Shown one piece after another: positions 30,255 through 43,033 of a DNA stretch of 63,766 nt. The stretch is from Thecamonas trahens ATCC 50062 (Eukaryota; Protista; Apusomonadida), in the NCBI RefSeq assembly GCF_000142905.1, contig NW_013657668.1:48492-112257 (forward strand), written 5' to 3'. How positions within the stretch are numbered: position 1 is the stretch's first letter; each line of letters opens with the position of its first letter. Below the pieces are notes generated by a model. It saw nothing but the letters and a program-made list of their open reading frames with translations. It made no database searches and had not been told where the DNA came from. The translations under genes and the position numbers were made by a program.

Positions 30255-32210
30255 ATGGTCCTCACTGCGCAGACAACGTCGTCGGTGGACCCTCGGGTCT
30301 TGCGGCCAGTGGCGTCAGTGTCGCGGGCTGGGCGGGCGGTGACCTCGCGGTATGCACAGACACGGCCGACGAGTGCAAGTCGGACGGGAGCGAGTGGGCG
30401 ACGACGGGGGAAGAGGGCTGATCTGGCTCTACTGGACATGGCCATTGCTCAGCAGAACTCGATCCGGACTCCAGATGCGTACCATGCCGATGCTGGCCGG
30501 GCAAAGGCCATTTCGTCGTCTCCGCGTGGAGATGCGGCGGCGGCGGCGGCGGCAGCAGCAGCAGCGGCGGCGGCTCGGGCCACTGCGGCTGGCTCCTTGG
30601 CTGCGGCAGGTGGCGGGACAGATGCTGGGCCGGCTGTTGGGCGCCCCGCATCGGCGGCAGGCAGCAGAGAAAGGACTGGACGACCGCAGCCGCAGAGCGT
30701 TGGGCCGGGCACGATGAAGGGCTCGCTGGATGCCGAGGCAGCCGGCGCCGCGCCCGCGGTCTCACTACACTGGCAGCCGCGGAACCGCAAGTCTGCTGCG
30801 GCGTCGAACGGGACGTGGGGCTTCCGCACCAAGTCGCGGGATGCGCTTGACCGCCGCGCTGACCCGCCGCCGCCGGTTGGACACTACCGGCCCAAGGATG
30901 CGGTGATGCGGCCGCGAGTGCGGTCGGCAGGTATGGGTTCGTCGCGGCGGACCGCATACTCACGGGTTCCGCCGGCGTCGTCAGAGGAGATTGCGGCAGC
31001 GGCGGCAGAGTGGACGGCGGTCAAGGATGCGGCAGCGGCGGCGGCGCCGCGACAGATGATGCGGGCGCATGAAGCATCACTGGAGGACCCGGTCTTCCGG
31101 TCGACGGCTGTTGTCCGGCCGAGCTCGTCAGCAGGTAAGGCCGATGTGGCGTTTGCCTCTCCCGAGGCGCTTGACACGCCTGCGCTAGCCCGCCCTCGCG
31201 AGCCGTGCCTTGTCGACATGGACAAGCAGCCCGGGCGGAAGGAGCCCGGCAAGCCGCCGACGGTCGACACTTTTTACTACGTCAACGACTCGCTGCTCCG
31301 GCCGCGGACAGCGCCGGGCACCCTCGAGTTTGAGAAGCAACTCCCGCGCAAGCCGCTGCTGGATGCGCCGCTAGATCTGGCCTACGAGTACATGGACCCG
31401 TCTGTGTCGGCCGCGCTCTCGGCGCGATCCATGGTGGACATGGAGAAGCAGCTGTCACGAGCGGATGTCCAGCGGGCAAGGGCGCCGCCGACCGACGCCT
31501 TTGACATCCAGCCGCTGGGCCCGGATGCGCCGGCGCTCTCGGCGATCCGGCGCCACATTCCCAGCGTCGACATCGGCAAGTGCTTGCCACGCAAGCCGCT
31601 TGCCCCACGGGCGGCCATCGATACTTTCTACGACCCCAATGTCGACGTACTCAAGCCGCGCACCCGCGACCAGCCGCGGTTTGAGTCGGTGCCCGGCCAC
31701 CAAGCATCGGCGCTCCCGGTCAATGACCTCACATACGCCGTCTCGTACGCCGCCATCGAGCCGGCAGTTCCATCGGTCAAGCTCCCGCCACGGGCGCGGA
31801 CCGCAGCCGGCAAGTCCAAAGCCGGCCGACCGGCTACTGCTACCGAGGACGGCGGGCCCGGGGGCGCGACGTACGACCCCAACTACGCGTTTGTGGAGAA
31901 GCGCGTTCCATCGGCGCTCGAGTTTGCCAAGATGCCTGGCCGCAAGTGGAACGTCGACTCTTCGCATGCCGCCTCCGCCGCCCCTCATTCGTTCAAGGCC
32001 TCCGGCCCGGTACCAGACACCATCCAGCCGCACGTCCCCTCACCTGATCTGGCAAAGATGGTTCCGCGCTACGCCAACGACGGGCGATTTGCGCCTCTCC
32101 GCCTCATCGACGTCACTTACGACGTCGATGACTCGGCCATCCGGCCTCACACCCGCTCTGCCATCATCTCTCGACGACCCCCACCCCGCCATGCACGATC
32201 ACATGCATAA
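30255..32210 (+). CDS. Pro/Arg-rich repeat protein, SHIPPO/STPG-like (possible axonemal protein)
   Basis: PPPVGHYRPK, GPGGATYDPNY and about 8 degenerate 35-40-aa repeats ending (D/E)(F/M)xKxxxR. Confidence 0.5.
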   Translation: MVLTAQTTSSVDPRVLRPVASVSRAGRAVTSRYAQTRPTSASRTGASGRRRGKRADLALLDMAIAQQNSIRTPDAYHADAGRAKAISSSPRGDAAAAAAAAAAAAAARATAAGSLAAAGGGTDAGPAVGRPASAAGSRERTGRPQPQSVGPGTMKGSLDAEAAGAAPAVSLHWQPRNRKSAAASNGTWGFRTKSRDALDRRADPPPPVGHYRPKDAVMRPRVRSAGMGSSRRTAYSRVPPASSEEIAAAAAEWTAVKDAAAAAAPRQMMRAHEASLEDPVFRSTAVVRPSSSAGKADVAFASPEALDTPALARPREPCLVDMDKQPGRKEPGKPPTVDTFYYVNDSLLRPRTAPGTLEFEKQLPRKPLLDAPLDLAYEYMDPSVSAALSARSMVDMEKQLSRADVQRARAPPTDAFDIQPLGPDAPALSAIRRHIPSVDIGKCLPRKPLAPRAAIDTFYDPNVDVLKPRTRDQPRFESVPGHQASALPVNDLTYAVSYAAIEPAVPSVKLPPRARTAAGKSKAGRPATATEDGGPGGATYDPNYAFVEKRVPSALEFAKMPGRKWNVDSSHAASAAPHSFKASGPVPDTIQPHVPSPDLAKMVPRYANDGRFAPLRLIDVTYDVDDSAIRPHTRSAIISRRPPPRHARSHA

Positions 32211-32404
32211 GACTAAGGCGACCCCCCCTCCCCCCCATATCCTCTTCTTCCCTGCCCCAATGGTCCCATCAACTCAACCCTCATCCAATGCATCACGCGG
32301 CCCATACTAAAGGACCACAACGCCGCTTGGACTAGTGCCGCCCCTTTCGAGTGCTCCACGTCTCCGCCACGTCGGCATGGCCGAGTGCGACCCACGACCC
32401 ATAG

Positions 32405-34372
<1,968 letters not shown>

Positions 34373-34690
34373 CCAACGACAAAAAAGGTTCACCCTCCAC
34401 CGAGAAACCGATAAATCCTTCTCTTTCCCACCACAATGACCACTAATCCACTAGCCGTCCTTCCGCCCGCCCCCGCCGTCCCGCCAGTCGTCGCACCTGC
34501 CAACCAACCAACAAACGCGCGCGCCATTTGGCGCCGACAGGGCAACCACCACCACCACCACCACCACCACCACCACCACCATACCCAACACTCCACCCCC
34601 CCCCCCCCCCCCCACCCACCACCTACCTACCTATCCACTCCCACCCCCACCCCCGCACTCCCACCACCACTTTCACAGACACGCACCACC

Positions 34691-35399
34691 ATGGTACGTG
34701 TCCCTTTCCCTGCCGCCCTCCCTCCCCTCCCTCCCCCCTCCCTCCCACGCACTCACCCCTCCCCCCCTTCCCCCTTCCCCCCCCCCCCCCCCTCCCCCCC
34801 TCCCCCCTCCCCTACAGGCTGAGGTTCATGTCATTGGAGAGATCGCAGGCGCGTCCGGCTTTCCATCTTCGTCGCTCTTCTGCAAGTGGTCGCTCGAAGT
34901 GGGCGCGTCGGGCGCGGTGATCGGGCGCGGTGGAGAAGGCGGCGAGGCGTATGCAGCGGCAGAGGGCTGGAGGAAAATCAGCGGAACAACGTCCGGGCGG
35001 ACGCAGGTGGATGCGCCGGCGGATGATGCGCCGACTGTTTGGGCCCATCCGTTTGATGTCCACTATGCGCTCTCCACGGTTGTGGGATGGCCGCGGCTCA
35101 AGGTGGAGGTCTGGCACCAGGACCGCTACGGCCGCGACGAGCTCTACGGCTACGGCTTTGTCCATCTCCCCACCGCGCCTGGCGCCCACGAGCTGGACAT
35201 TGCCACCTGGCGCCCGGCCCGCTCGTGGTGGGACTCGCTCAAAGCCTTTTTCCTCGGCGGTTCGCCCGAGCTGGTCAACGACGACGTCGTCACCGCACCG
35301 CTCGACCGATTCAACCTGCAGACCGAATCGATGGGCTTTGTCCACGTCTCTGTCAACGTCATCCACAGGCACTTTGCCGAGAACGATGTGCAGGCGTAG
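34691..35399 (+). CDS. B9D2: B9 domain-containing protein 2 (ciliary transition zone); exons 34691-34693 (ATG only), 34818-35399
   Basis: ATG|GTACGT..CAG|GCT gives MAEVHVIGEIAGASGF..LFCKW; GRTQVD, WAHPFDVHY, GWPRL..VWHQDRYGR, GYGFVHLPTAPG. Confidence 0.93.
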
Positions 35400-35494
35400 C
35401 AGGCTGAGGTGGCCGTGACGACGTCTTGCACCCGTCGCTCTTCATCCCGGGTTGATAGCATACCATTTATATGCGCGCCCCCGACGGCTGGCTG

Positions 35495-37373
35495 CTACAC
35501 CGCCATCTGCATCTTGATGCCCTTCATGGGCTTGTAGCCCACAACCTCAAAGTCGGTAAAGTCAAAGTCGTCGATGGAAGCCACCTCGCGGTTGATCCGG
35601 AGCGAGGGAAAGGCGCGCGGGAAGCGCTCCAGCTGCCGCTGCAGCGGCTCGACGTGGTTCTTGTACACGTGCGCGTCGCCCATGACGAGGGTGAGCTTGC
35701 CCACGCCCAGGCCCGTCACGTGTGCAACCATGTGTGTGAGCAGCGCGTACGACGCAATGTTGAACGGCACGCCGAGGCCGATGTCGCACGACCGCTGATA
35801 CATCTGGCACGAGAGCTTGCCGTCGGCCACGTAGAACTGGCAGAACATGTGGCAAGGCGGGAGCGCCATCTCAGCGAGCGCAGCCGGGTTCCACGCCGAC
35901 ATGACCATTCGCCGGTCGTGCGGCTTGGTGGTAATGGTCTCGATGATCCGCGCCAGCTGGTCGACGCCCTCCTCGCTGTAGTCGGCATGCATGTCAGTGT
36001 AAGCCGCTCCAAAGTGCCGCCACTGGAAGCCGTAGACCGGGCCGAGGTCGCCGACCTCACGCTCAGTGAGCCCAATCGAGTCAAGGTACTCGCGCGACGA
36101 GTTGCCGTCCCAAATGCGGATACCCTTGGCCGCCAGCTCGTTCGCGTTGGTCGAGCCCGACACAAACCACAGCAGCTCTTCCGCCACTCCGCGCCAGAAG
36201 ACCCTCTTGGTGGTGAGGAGCGGAAAGCCGTCGCCGAGGTCAAACTCCAGCTTCTCGCCAAAGAGGGAAAAGGTGCCCACTCCTGTCCGGTCGTCGCGCT
36301 CAAAGCCGTCGGCGAGAACCCGTCGGATGAGATCGAGGTACCCGAGCTCGCCGCGGTTCGGCCCGCGGATGCGCTCGTAACGCACGTACTCAAACTCGAT
36401 TCCGCTCTCCTCGTGGCGCTCCGACCGCGAGACTTCCGCAAAGAAGCCCTGTGCCGCCAGATCGACCTCGCCTGGCCAGTTGGTCACCACGGCCGCCCCG
36501 GCGCCCACGCCCTCGCGCACCGCTGTGTGCACCTCGGTCAGCTCCACCCACGTACATCGAGGGTCCTGCATCGCCTCTGCGAAGAGCTGGAACCCACCGA
36601 GAACGGAGACCAAGCCCACCCGCGGAACTAGCGACGCTACAAGCAGCGCGTCGTCCAGCGATCGCGCCAGATGCACGCCCTCGGGCGTCTCCAGCATCGT
36701 CCTGCTCACCACAATGTTGACCCGATCTTTGAGCGGCCGCAACCGCTGCGGTATCGAATTCCAAGTCTTGCGGCCCATGATCACCACTCGCGCCGCCTCA
36801 TCCGCCACCACACTGTCGCCGTCACAAACACTCGCCAAAGCCATGAGTCATCACTCGGGCGCCACCACCCCCCGCCCCCCCCCCCCCCCGCACCACTGCC
36901 ACACAGTTCATAAAACATCAGCAGCCAACAGTATGCGTATGTGTGTGCGTGTGTGCGTGCGCGTGTGTGTGTGTGCTTGCATAGATGTGATGGCACAGGG
37001 GAAAGTGGGAGGGGGGAGGGGGGGGAGGGAGAGGGGGCGAACGAGTGTAGATTCTCCCCAAACGTATTGGGGAGAGTGAGCGGGGCGGGTCACGGGGGTC
37101 ACGGGGGTCACAAGGGGAGGGGAGGGGGAGGGGGGGAGGAGAGGGGGGGTCACGGGGGAAGGAGGGGGGGGGGGAGGAAGGGGAGGGGAGGGGAAGGGAA
37201 GGGACGTACCCTGGCGGGGTCAGACCCTTGGTGACCGAGACAAAGTGGGCCATGTCGCCACGGAGTGTCCATGGCAGACCACCGTCAATACCGATGACTC
37301 CATCGTCAGAGACAGCCACAACAAGACCATAGTGTGGCCCAGTTGCGGTGACACTTCCTTGGTTGCTGGCCAT
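35495..37373 (-). CDS. DHFR-TS: Bifunctional dihydrofolate reductase-thymidylate synthase, ~493 aa; exons 37373-37210, 36812-35495
   Basis: DHFR: [46 protein letters not shown]: [56 protein letters not shown]. Intron GTACGT..CAG restores the frame. Confidence 0.95.
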
Positions 37374-37599
37374 ATTGGGTTGCTTCTTCTTTGATGTCCT
37401 CCCTCTCCACGTCGGCTTGTTCAAGCACCTCGCAAGAGAGAGCAGAGTGGCTCTCGGAATGCAGCTCGGCCACAAACTGGCCGACTCTCGCCGACTCTCG
37501 CCGACTGTGACCAACTCTCGCACCTCGGCGCCCTTGCTTGCAACTACTGTTTGATGTCAATTGAGCGCGGCGATCGGGGCGACGACTACACTACCATCG

Positions 37600-40137
37600 T
37601 CACCGCTTCTTACGTCGCGATCGGAGCGAACGACTTTTCTCCTTCTTGCTAGACTCGGTGCTGCTCTTGGTGCTGCTCGCCCGCGACTCGGCAGATGCGG
37701 CGGAAGCAGCGGCGACGGCAGCGGCAGCTCGCGCCCCGCGCCGCGGGCCCCATGTGGTTGGCCGGGTCACGGGGCGTCCGCCGCGGCTAGGCGGAACTTG
37801 CTTGCCGAGCGGCAGTGGGGCAGCCGGTGGCGACGGGTCATCTGAGGCTCGCGTCGCGGCGCGCCCAGCGGAAGCAGGTACACGGGCGCGCTTCGAGCGT
37901 TTGGCCTTGGTATCCAGACCGCACGCGTGCCCGCATCCAGACGGGCATTGCTTCGAGTTGGCAAACCACTCGCGGAGATGGTCCGGGTGCCCACCGTGAC
38001 CACAGCCCTGGCACCAGACCCAGGCGCCACGGACCCGCTGCTGGCAGAGGACGCACCGCTTAAACTCAGCGCACTTTGCACAGAACCAGCCGCGGACGTC
38101 GAGCGCGTCGCCGCACGAGGTGCACGAAAACTTGACCGAGGTGTCCTTCTGGTTGAGCATCGAGACCGCCTCGTCGTCCACCATCCGCACCACCTCGGTC
38201 ACCGCCAGCCAGAGCTTGAGCCGCTGCAGTAGCTCGATGTAGCCAAAGTAATACTGCCGCGCTAGCTCCTTGTCAAGTTGCAGCCGGCTGCCGAGAACCA
38301 TCGCAATTGCTACACACGTCTGGACGTCGCCAATGCCGGCGTAGTGGTGTAGGACCTGGTGCACAACTTGGGTGTGGTCCCACGCTGGTAGCGTCAGGGA
38401 TGCCTTGGCCATCCGCCCGGCACCACGCCCTGACGCTGCTGCTACCGCCGCCGCCTGCGCCGCAGCTTTGCTTCGCACTGCCTCGTCGTCGAGCCCACCC
38501 AGGATGTAACCCGAGCCAAGCGAGATCATCCGCGAGTTGGGGTGGGAGACAGACTCGGTTCCGAGGAACGTCCGCGCCCCGGGCATCATGCCCTCGTCCG
38601 ACATGTCAACCTTGAACCCGTAGTCGTCGTTGTCACCGTCGTCGCCGTCAGAGTCGGGCCCTGGGTGCCACCGGGCCGAGGCCTTGGGAGCTGTTGCCGC
38701 TGCTGCGCTGTTGCTCTCGCCGCCCTCGCCTCCTGGTATCTCTTCGGACTCGCTCTCCTCGTCGCCGTACAGCAGTGCCAGCATTCGCCACGTCGTCGCC
38801 ACGTCGTCGCAGCCCTGTGATGCCGCCGCCGCCGCGTTGTGCTCACACGACGCCGCCATCGAAAGCGAGCCGTCGAGCTTGTAGTTCTTGGCGAGGTACC
38901 GAAACGTGTCGGCGTCAAACTCGCCGTCGAGTCCCCCGCAGAGTGTCACCTCGCGTTTGACCGGCCGGAACACCGGCGCATCGTCAAACAGGGACGAGGC
39001 AACGGCGCTTGGCGAGAAGAGCGAGACCGGTGGATCCGGTCCAAACACCGCCATCGGCGTGCCAATCGCCCGGTCGACGTACGCGTGACTGGAGACAACT
39101 TGCGCCGAGGCGTTGACAGAAAAGGCCAGCGCGGTTGACGGGAGCGAGGCGTAGGGGAACTTGGCTGAGCCGTAGGCTGAGCATACAACGGACGCGTCGC
39201 GCGAGGCCGAGAGCACGCCCGGATGGTCAATGCCTGGTGGCGAGCACCACTTGAATGCCGTCAGCTGGTCGGTGTGGCCGGAAAACGTTGCCAGCGGTAC
39301 ATACTTTGATCGTACGTCCCACACGTGGATGTTGAGGTCGGTGGTGTTGGAGCACGATCCGACAAGGTGGGCGTGGGTCGGATGCCAGCGGACAACAGCC
39401 GCTGCAGACGCGGTCTGGATCGTCACCTCGGGCGTCTTGGAATCAGCATCGATGTTCCAAACCTTGATCAGCTTGTCGCGCCCGCCTGTCACGATCTTGC
39501 CGGCATGGTGCGGATGCCAGTGGACTGAGAGCACGAGGTCAGAGTGGGCAAAGATGGCGTGGACCGGGCGCTTGGCACCAGCCCGGCGGAGGTCCCACAC
39601 CGCCGCCACATTGTTGGTTGTTCCGGTCACAAACTTGAGATGGGTATCACCAGGCGTACCAGGCTCCCACGAGAGATCGTGGACAGGCCCGGTCTTGGAG
39701 GCAAACGTTGCGACGCAGGCCTCTGATCCCTGCATGCGCGTATCCCACAGGCAGACAAGACCGTCCTGTGAGCCCGAGAGCAGCAGCTCGCCATTCCACT
39801 GGACTCTGTTGACGAATCGGGTATGGAAGGTGTACATGGCCCGCTTGGTCATCTTCTCGTCGCCCACGTTGAGAACAGCGACAGCACCGGTGACAGCGCC
39901 TGCAGCGAAGACTTCCGGCCGAGCGTAGCACCAATCGACATCGTTACACGTCACGTCCTTCTTCCGGTTCCGCGACTTGGCCGGTGCCATGGTCGTCACT
40001 GTCTTGATCGACCCGGGCATGTCGAGCTCCAGCAGCGTCACCGAGGTCTTGGACGCCGCCAGCGCATGCCGTCCGTCCGGCGACGTTGCCAGCGCCGACA
40101 CCGAGTCGCGGACACGGACAGACCGGACCCCGGACAT
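37600..40137 (-). CDS. WDR24: GATOR2/SEACAT subunit WDR24 (Sea2/Rtc1)
   Basis: N-terminal WD40s (LLSGSQDG, VTGGRDKLIKVW, IHVWDVRSKYVP), GDVQTCV, and C-terminal Zn/RING CVLC..WCQGCGHGGH..CPSGCGHAC. Confidence 0.85.
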   Translation of the reverse strand: MSGVRSVRVRDSVSALATSPDGRHALAASKTSVTLLELDMPGSIKTVTTMAPAKSRNRKKDVTCNDVDWCYARPEVFAAGAVTGAVAVLNVGDEKMTKRAMYTFHTRFVNRVQWNGELLLSGSQDGLVCLWDTRMQGSEACVATFASKTGPVHDLSWEPGTPGDTHLKFVTGTTNNVAAVWDLRRAGAKRPVHAIFAHSDLVLSVHWHPHHAGKIVTGGRDKLIKVWNIDADSKTPEVTIQTASAAAVVRWHPTHAHLVGSCSNTTDLNIHVWDVRSKYVPLATFSGHTDQLTAFKWCSPPGIDHPGVLSASRDASVVCSAYGSAKFPYASLPSTALAFSVNASAQVVSSHAYVDRAIGTPMAVFGPDPPVSLFSPSAVASSLFDDAPVFRPVKREVTLCGGLDGEFDADTFRYLAKNYKLDGSLSMAASCEHNAAAAASQGCDDVATTWRMLALLYGDEESESEEIPGGEGGESNSAAAATAPKASARWHPGPDSDGDDGDNDDYGFKVDMSDEGMMPGARTFLGTESVSHPNSRMISLGSGYILGGLDDEAVRSKAAAQAAAVAAASGRGAGRMAKASLTLPAWDHTQVVHQVLHHYAGIGDVQTCVAIAMVLGSRLQLDKELARQYYFGYIELLQRLKLWLAVTEVVRMVDDEAVSMLNQKDTSVKFSCTSCGDALDVRGWFCAKCAEFKRCVLCQQRVRGAWVWCQGCGHGGHPDHLREWFANSKQCPSGCGHACGLDTKAKRSKRARVPASAGRAATRASDDPSPPAAPLPLGKQVPPSRGGRPVTRPTTWGPRRGARAAAAVAAASAASAESRASSTKSSTESSKKEKSRSLRSRRKKR

Positions 40138-40440
40138 GTGGACAGTGTGTGTATGGGGGGGGGGGGGGGGGTAGGGGTGGTGAGGGGTGGCTGCGGGCGT
40201 GAGGTCGTGCCGCTGCTGTGTTTAGTGGCGAGTGTCGTGTGGTGGTCTTGTGCCACTCAGCCAGCAGCCGGCGCAGGCGACTCGGCCACGACAGCCGCTG
40301 GAGGTGCGTAGAGCTGCTGCCATGGGTCGAGCTGGTGTGCGATCGCCATGCGAAGAAATGGTTCAATATCGGCATGTGTACATGAGATCATGTGCGCGCG
40401 CGTGTGGGGGGGGGGGAGAGGGGGGGGAGGCAGACATTGT

Positions 40441-42456
40441 CTACCGCCGCAGCTTGACGACGGTCTTGAGAAGCTTGAAGACGAGCGGAGTGAGACGGGC
40501 CCGGTTGGCGTCGTCGCCGAGCCGCTTGATCTCAAACGCCTGCGTCGGGTACGGGTGGATGACATTGCCGAGCTCGCCAAGGGGGATCTTGTGCTTGATG
40601 GCAATGGTAAACTCAGAAATCATCTCGCCCGCCTTTTCGGCGACAATGGTGGCGCCAAGGATGCGGCCCTTGGCGTCGGTGAAGGCCTTGACAAAGCCGG
40701 CGGTCTCGGACTCGCAAAGCGCGCGGTCATTGTGGGCAAGCTCGCGCTTCCACACTGTGTACGACGCGCCGGCGCGCTCGAGATCGCGCTCGTAGAGCCC
40801 GACGTGCGCGACCTCGGGATAGGTGTACGTGCACCAGGGAACAACGAGGTCGGTGACCTTGGCCGAGCCAAAGAAAAGCGCATTGCGGATGACGATGCGA
40901 GCCATGGCGTCGGCCATGTGGGTAAACTGGAACGACGACGCGACGTCACCGCAAGCGTAGACCGAAGAGTTGGTTGTTTGCAGCGAATCGTTGACAGCGA
41001 TGCCGTGGAGCGGCGAGTACTCGATGCCGGCAGCCTCGAGGCCGAGGTTATCAACGTTCGGCTTGCGACCGGCGGCAACTAGGATCTCGTCGACGACAAT
41101 CTCGGTCTCGACGTCTGCGCCGTCCTCGCGGACGACCAAGATCTTGACTCCGGTCTCGGGATCGGTACGGACCGAGATGTACTCGAGATTGAGCCGGAGG
41201 TCGACGCCTTCGGCCTCGAGCTGCGCCTGTAGAACGACGGCGGCATCGGGTTCCTCGTTGCGCAGGATCGAGCCCGACCGCCCGGTGAGGACAACCAGCG
41301 AGCCGAAGCGGGCAAAAGTCTGGGCAAGCTCACACCCAATCGGCCCGGTCCCGATCACCGCCAGCCGCGACGGAAGCTCGGTAAGGTTGAAGACAGAGAG
41401 GTTGGTCAGCGGCTCGGCCTCGGCGAGGCCCGGAATGTTGGGGATGCCCGGCCGGCCGCCGGTCGCGATGCATGCTCGCTTAAAGTTGAGCACTACGCCG
41501 TTGACCTCGATCGACTTGGCGTCGATAAACTTGCCGCGGCCGAAAAAGACGTCGACGCCGTTTTCCTTCAGCCGGTGCGCCGAGTCGTCGGCCGAGATCT
41601 CGGCCCGGATCTCGCGCATGCGCTCCATGATCTGGCCAAAGTCAACCGAGACGCTGTCGACCGTCACGCCATACTCGTGGGCGTTGCGGGCACGGTACGC
41701 CGCATGGCCGGCAGCAATGAGGGCCTTGGACGGGACGCAGCCGACGTTGAGACAGTCGCCTCCGGTCAGGTGCTCCTCAATGATGGCGACCCGCGCCTCA
41801 AAGCCGGCCGAGCCGATGGCGGTGACGAGGCCGGCGGTGCCTGCGCCGATGACCACAAAGTTGTACCGTTCGTCTGCGTTGTCCACCGGCGACTCCCAGT
41901 CGAGCGGATGGACGTTGGCCACCAGCGCTTGGTTGTGCTCGTCGTCGGGCGCGAGAGCGAGATCCTCCAGGCTCGCCGGCGGCGCATCGTGGAACAACTC
42001 CTCGACCACGGAGATCTTGCGCTCCATGGGAATACCAGCGACCTGGAGCATAAACGAGCCGGCCGACGACCACAGCTCTGAATCTGCGTTGTCTGGCAGC
42101 GGCGTGCCGGCCTCTGACTCGTCGTCCGAATCGTGGCGGCTCGGCGCCCCGGCGTGGTCGGCAAATCGATAGAACAGATGCTCGTCCTTAAAGCCGTGCT
42201 TGCTCTTGACATGGCCAAAGATACCAGCCTCGAGCAGGATCTGACCGATATGCACAGCTTCCGTCCGCTCTGCGGCAATGCTCGACTCGACCAGCCAGCT
42301 CACCGCCTCGGAGCCAACAAAGACATTGGGGTATGTCCGCAGGTGGTACTTGCGGTCCCTCACGTCGACGCCGGCATGAAAGTCTGCCACAAGCCTATGG
42401 AACCGCCGCAACTCGTCCTGCGTGGGCCGGTCCCTGGTGTTTCCGCTATCTGCCAT
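40441..42456 (-). CDS. DEP domain fused to a class-I pyridine nucleotide-disulfide oxidoreductase (MerA/LpdA-like)
   Basis: DEP: VRDRKYHLRTYPNVFVGSEAVSWL..EAVHIGQILLEAG..HV..FKDEHLFYRF. Reductase: VIGAGTAG, GGDCLNVGCVPSK, IATGGRP, IGTGPIGCE, YACGDV, HPYPT. Confidence 0.9.
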   Translation of the reverse strand: MADSGNTRDRPTQDELRRFHRLVADFHAGVDVRDRKYHLRTYPNVFVGSEAVSWLVESSIAAERTEAVHIGQILLEAGIFGHVKSKHGFKDEHLFYRFADHAGAPSRHDSDDESEAGTPLPDNADSELWSSAGSFMLQVAGIPMERKISVVEELFHDAPPASLEDLALAPDDEHNQALVANVHPLDWESPVDNADERYNFVVIGAGTAGLVTAIGSAGFEARVAIIEEHLTGGDCLNVGCVPSKALIAAGHAAYRARNAHEYGVTVDSVSVDFGQIMERMREIRAEISADDSAHRLKENGVDVFFGRGKFIDAKSIEVNGVVLNFKRACIATGGRPGIPNIPGLAEAEPLTNLSVFNLTELPSRLAVIGTGPIGCELAQTFARFGSLVVLTGRSGSILRNEEPDAAVVLQAQLEAEGVDLRLNLEYISVRTDPETGVKILVVREDGADVETEIVVDEILVAAGRKPNVDNLGLEAAGIEYSPLHGIAVNDSLQTTNSSVYACGDVASSFQFTHMADAMARIVIRNALFFGSAKVTDLVVPWCTYTYPEVAHVGLYERDLERAGASYTVWKRELAHNDRALCESETAGFVKAFTDAKGRILGATIVAEKAGEMISEFTIAIKHKIPLGELGNVIHPYPTQAFEIKRLGDDANRARLTPLVFKLLKTVVKLRR

Positions 42457-42763
42457 GGTGAGAGAGGAACTCTATGGGGGATGCCAGCGAGAAGTATGCC
42501 GTAGGCTTGGTCGCAACGGGGTCGCGTGCAGGTGGAGTTTCGCTGACGACATCGCGTGGGAGGTGGGGGGTGGGTGGTTTCTCCGCGGCGAAAGACAGCG
42601 GCTGGCCTGATGGCAGAAATGGAGGGAGGAAGAGAGAGAAAGAGGGAAAGAGAGAGAGAGAGAGAACGGGGGGAGGGGGGGGGGGGGGGGGGCGATGGAC
42701 TACGTTGCTTTCATCGGGCCACTTCAGGGGAGAAGAGGGAGAGCTTGGATGTCACGAGTGGCA

Positions 42764-43033
42764 TCAGTGGCCAGCGTCGCTGAGGGCGGTAAACTGGACT
42801 GGGTAGCGGTTCTCCTCAAGGAGCTCGTCCCAGTTCTCCCACCAGGCATCGGGGCAGATGGACCGGAAGGTCTTGTAGTACTTGCGGCAGTCGGGGTGGT
42901 CCTCGCCGTTGTCCATGGCGCACCGCTGGTAGAGGTTGTAGTTGACCCAGCAGCGCTTGGTGTGCGACGAGGTGTGCGGGAACCGGTAGTCGTACGCGGG
43001 CGTCTCGATCTTGATATCGGCCTCAGAAGCCAT
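42764..43033 (-). CDS. COX6B: Cytochrome c oxidase subunit 6B
   Basis: TPAYDYRFP..TKRCWVNY..YQRC..DC..FRSICPDAWWENWDE, the Cx9C-Cx10C pattern. Confidence 0.9.
   Translation of the reverse strand: MASEADIKIETPAYDYRFPHTSSHTKRCWVNYNLYQRCAMDNGEDHPDCRKYYKTFRSICPDAWWENWDELLEENRYPVQFTALSDAGH

Noticed and set aside
40441-42000. Calling the oxidoreductase a true mercuric reductase (merA) or mitochondrial DLD
   Set aside because: No C-terminal Cys-Cys or N-terminal HMA domain; HPYPT instead of HPHPT and no presequence.
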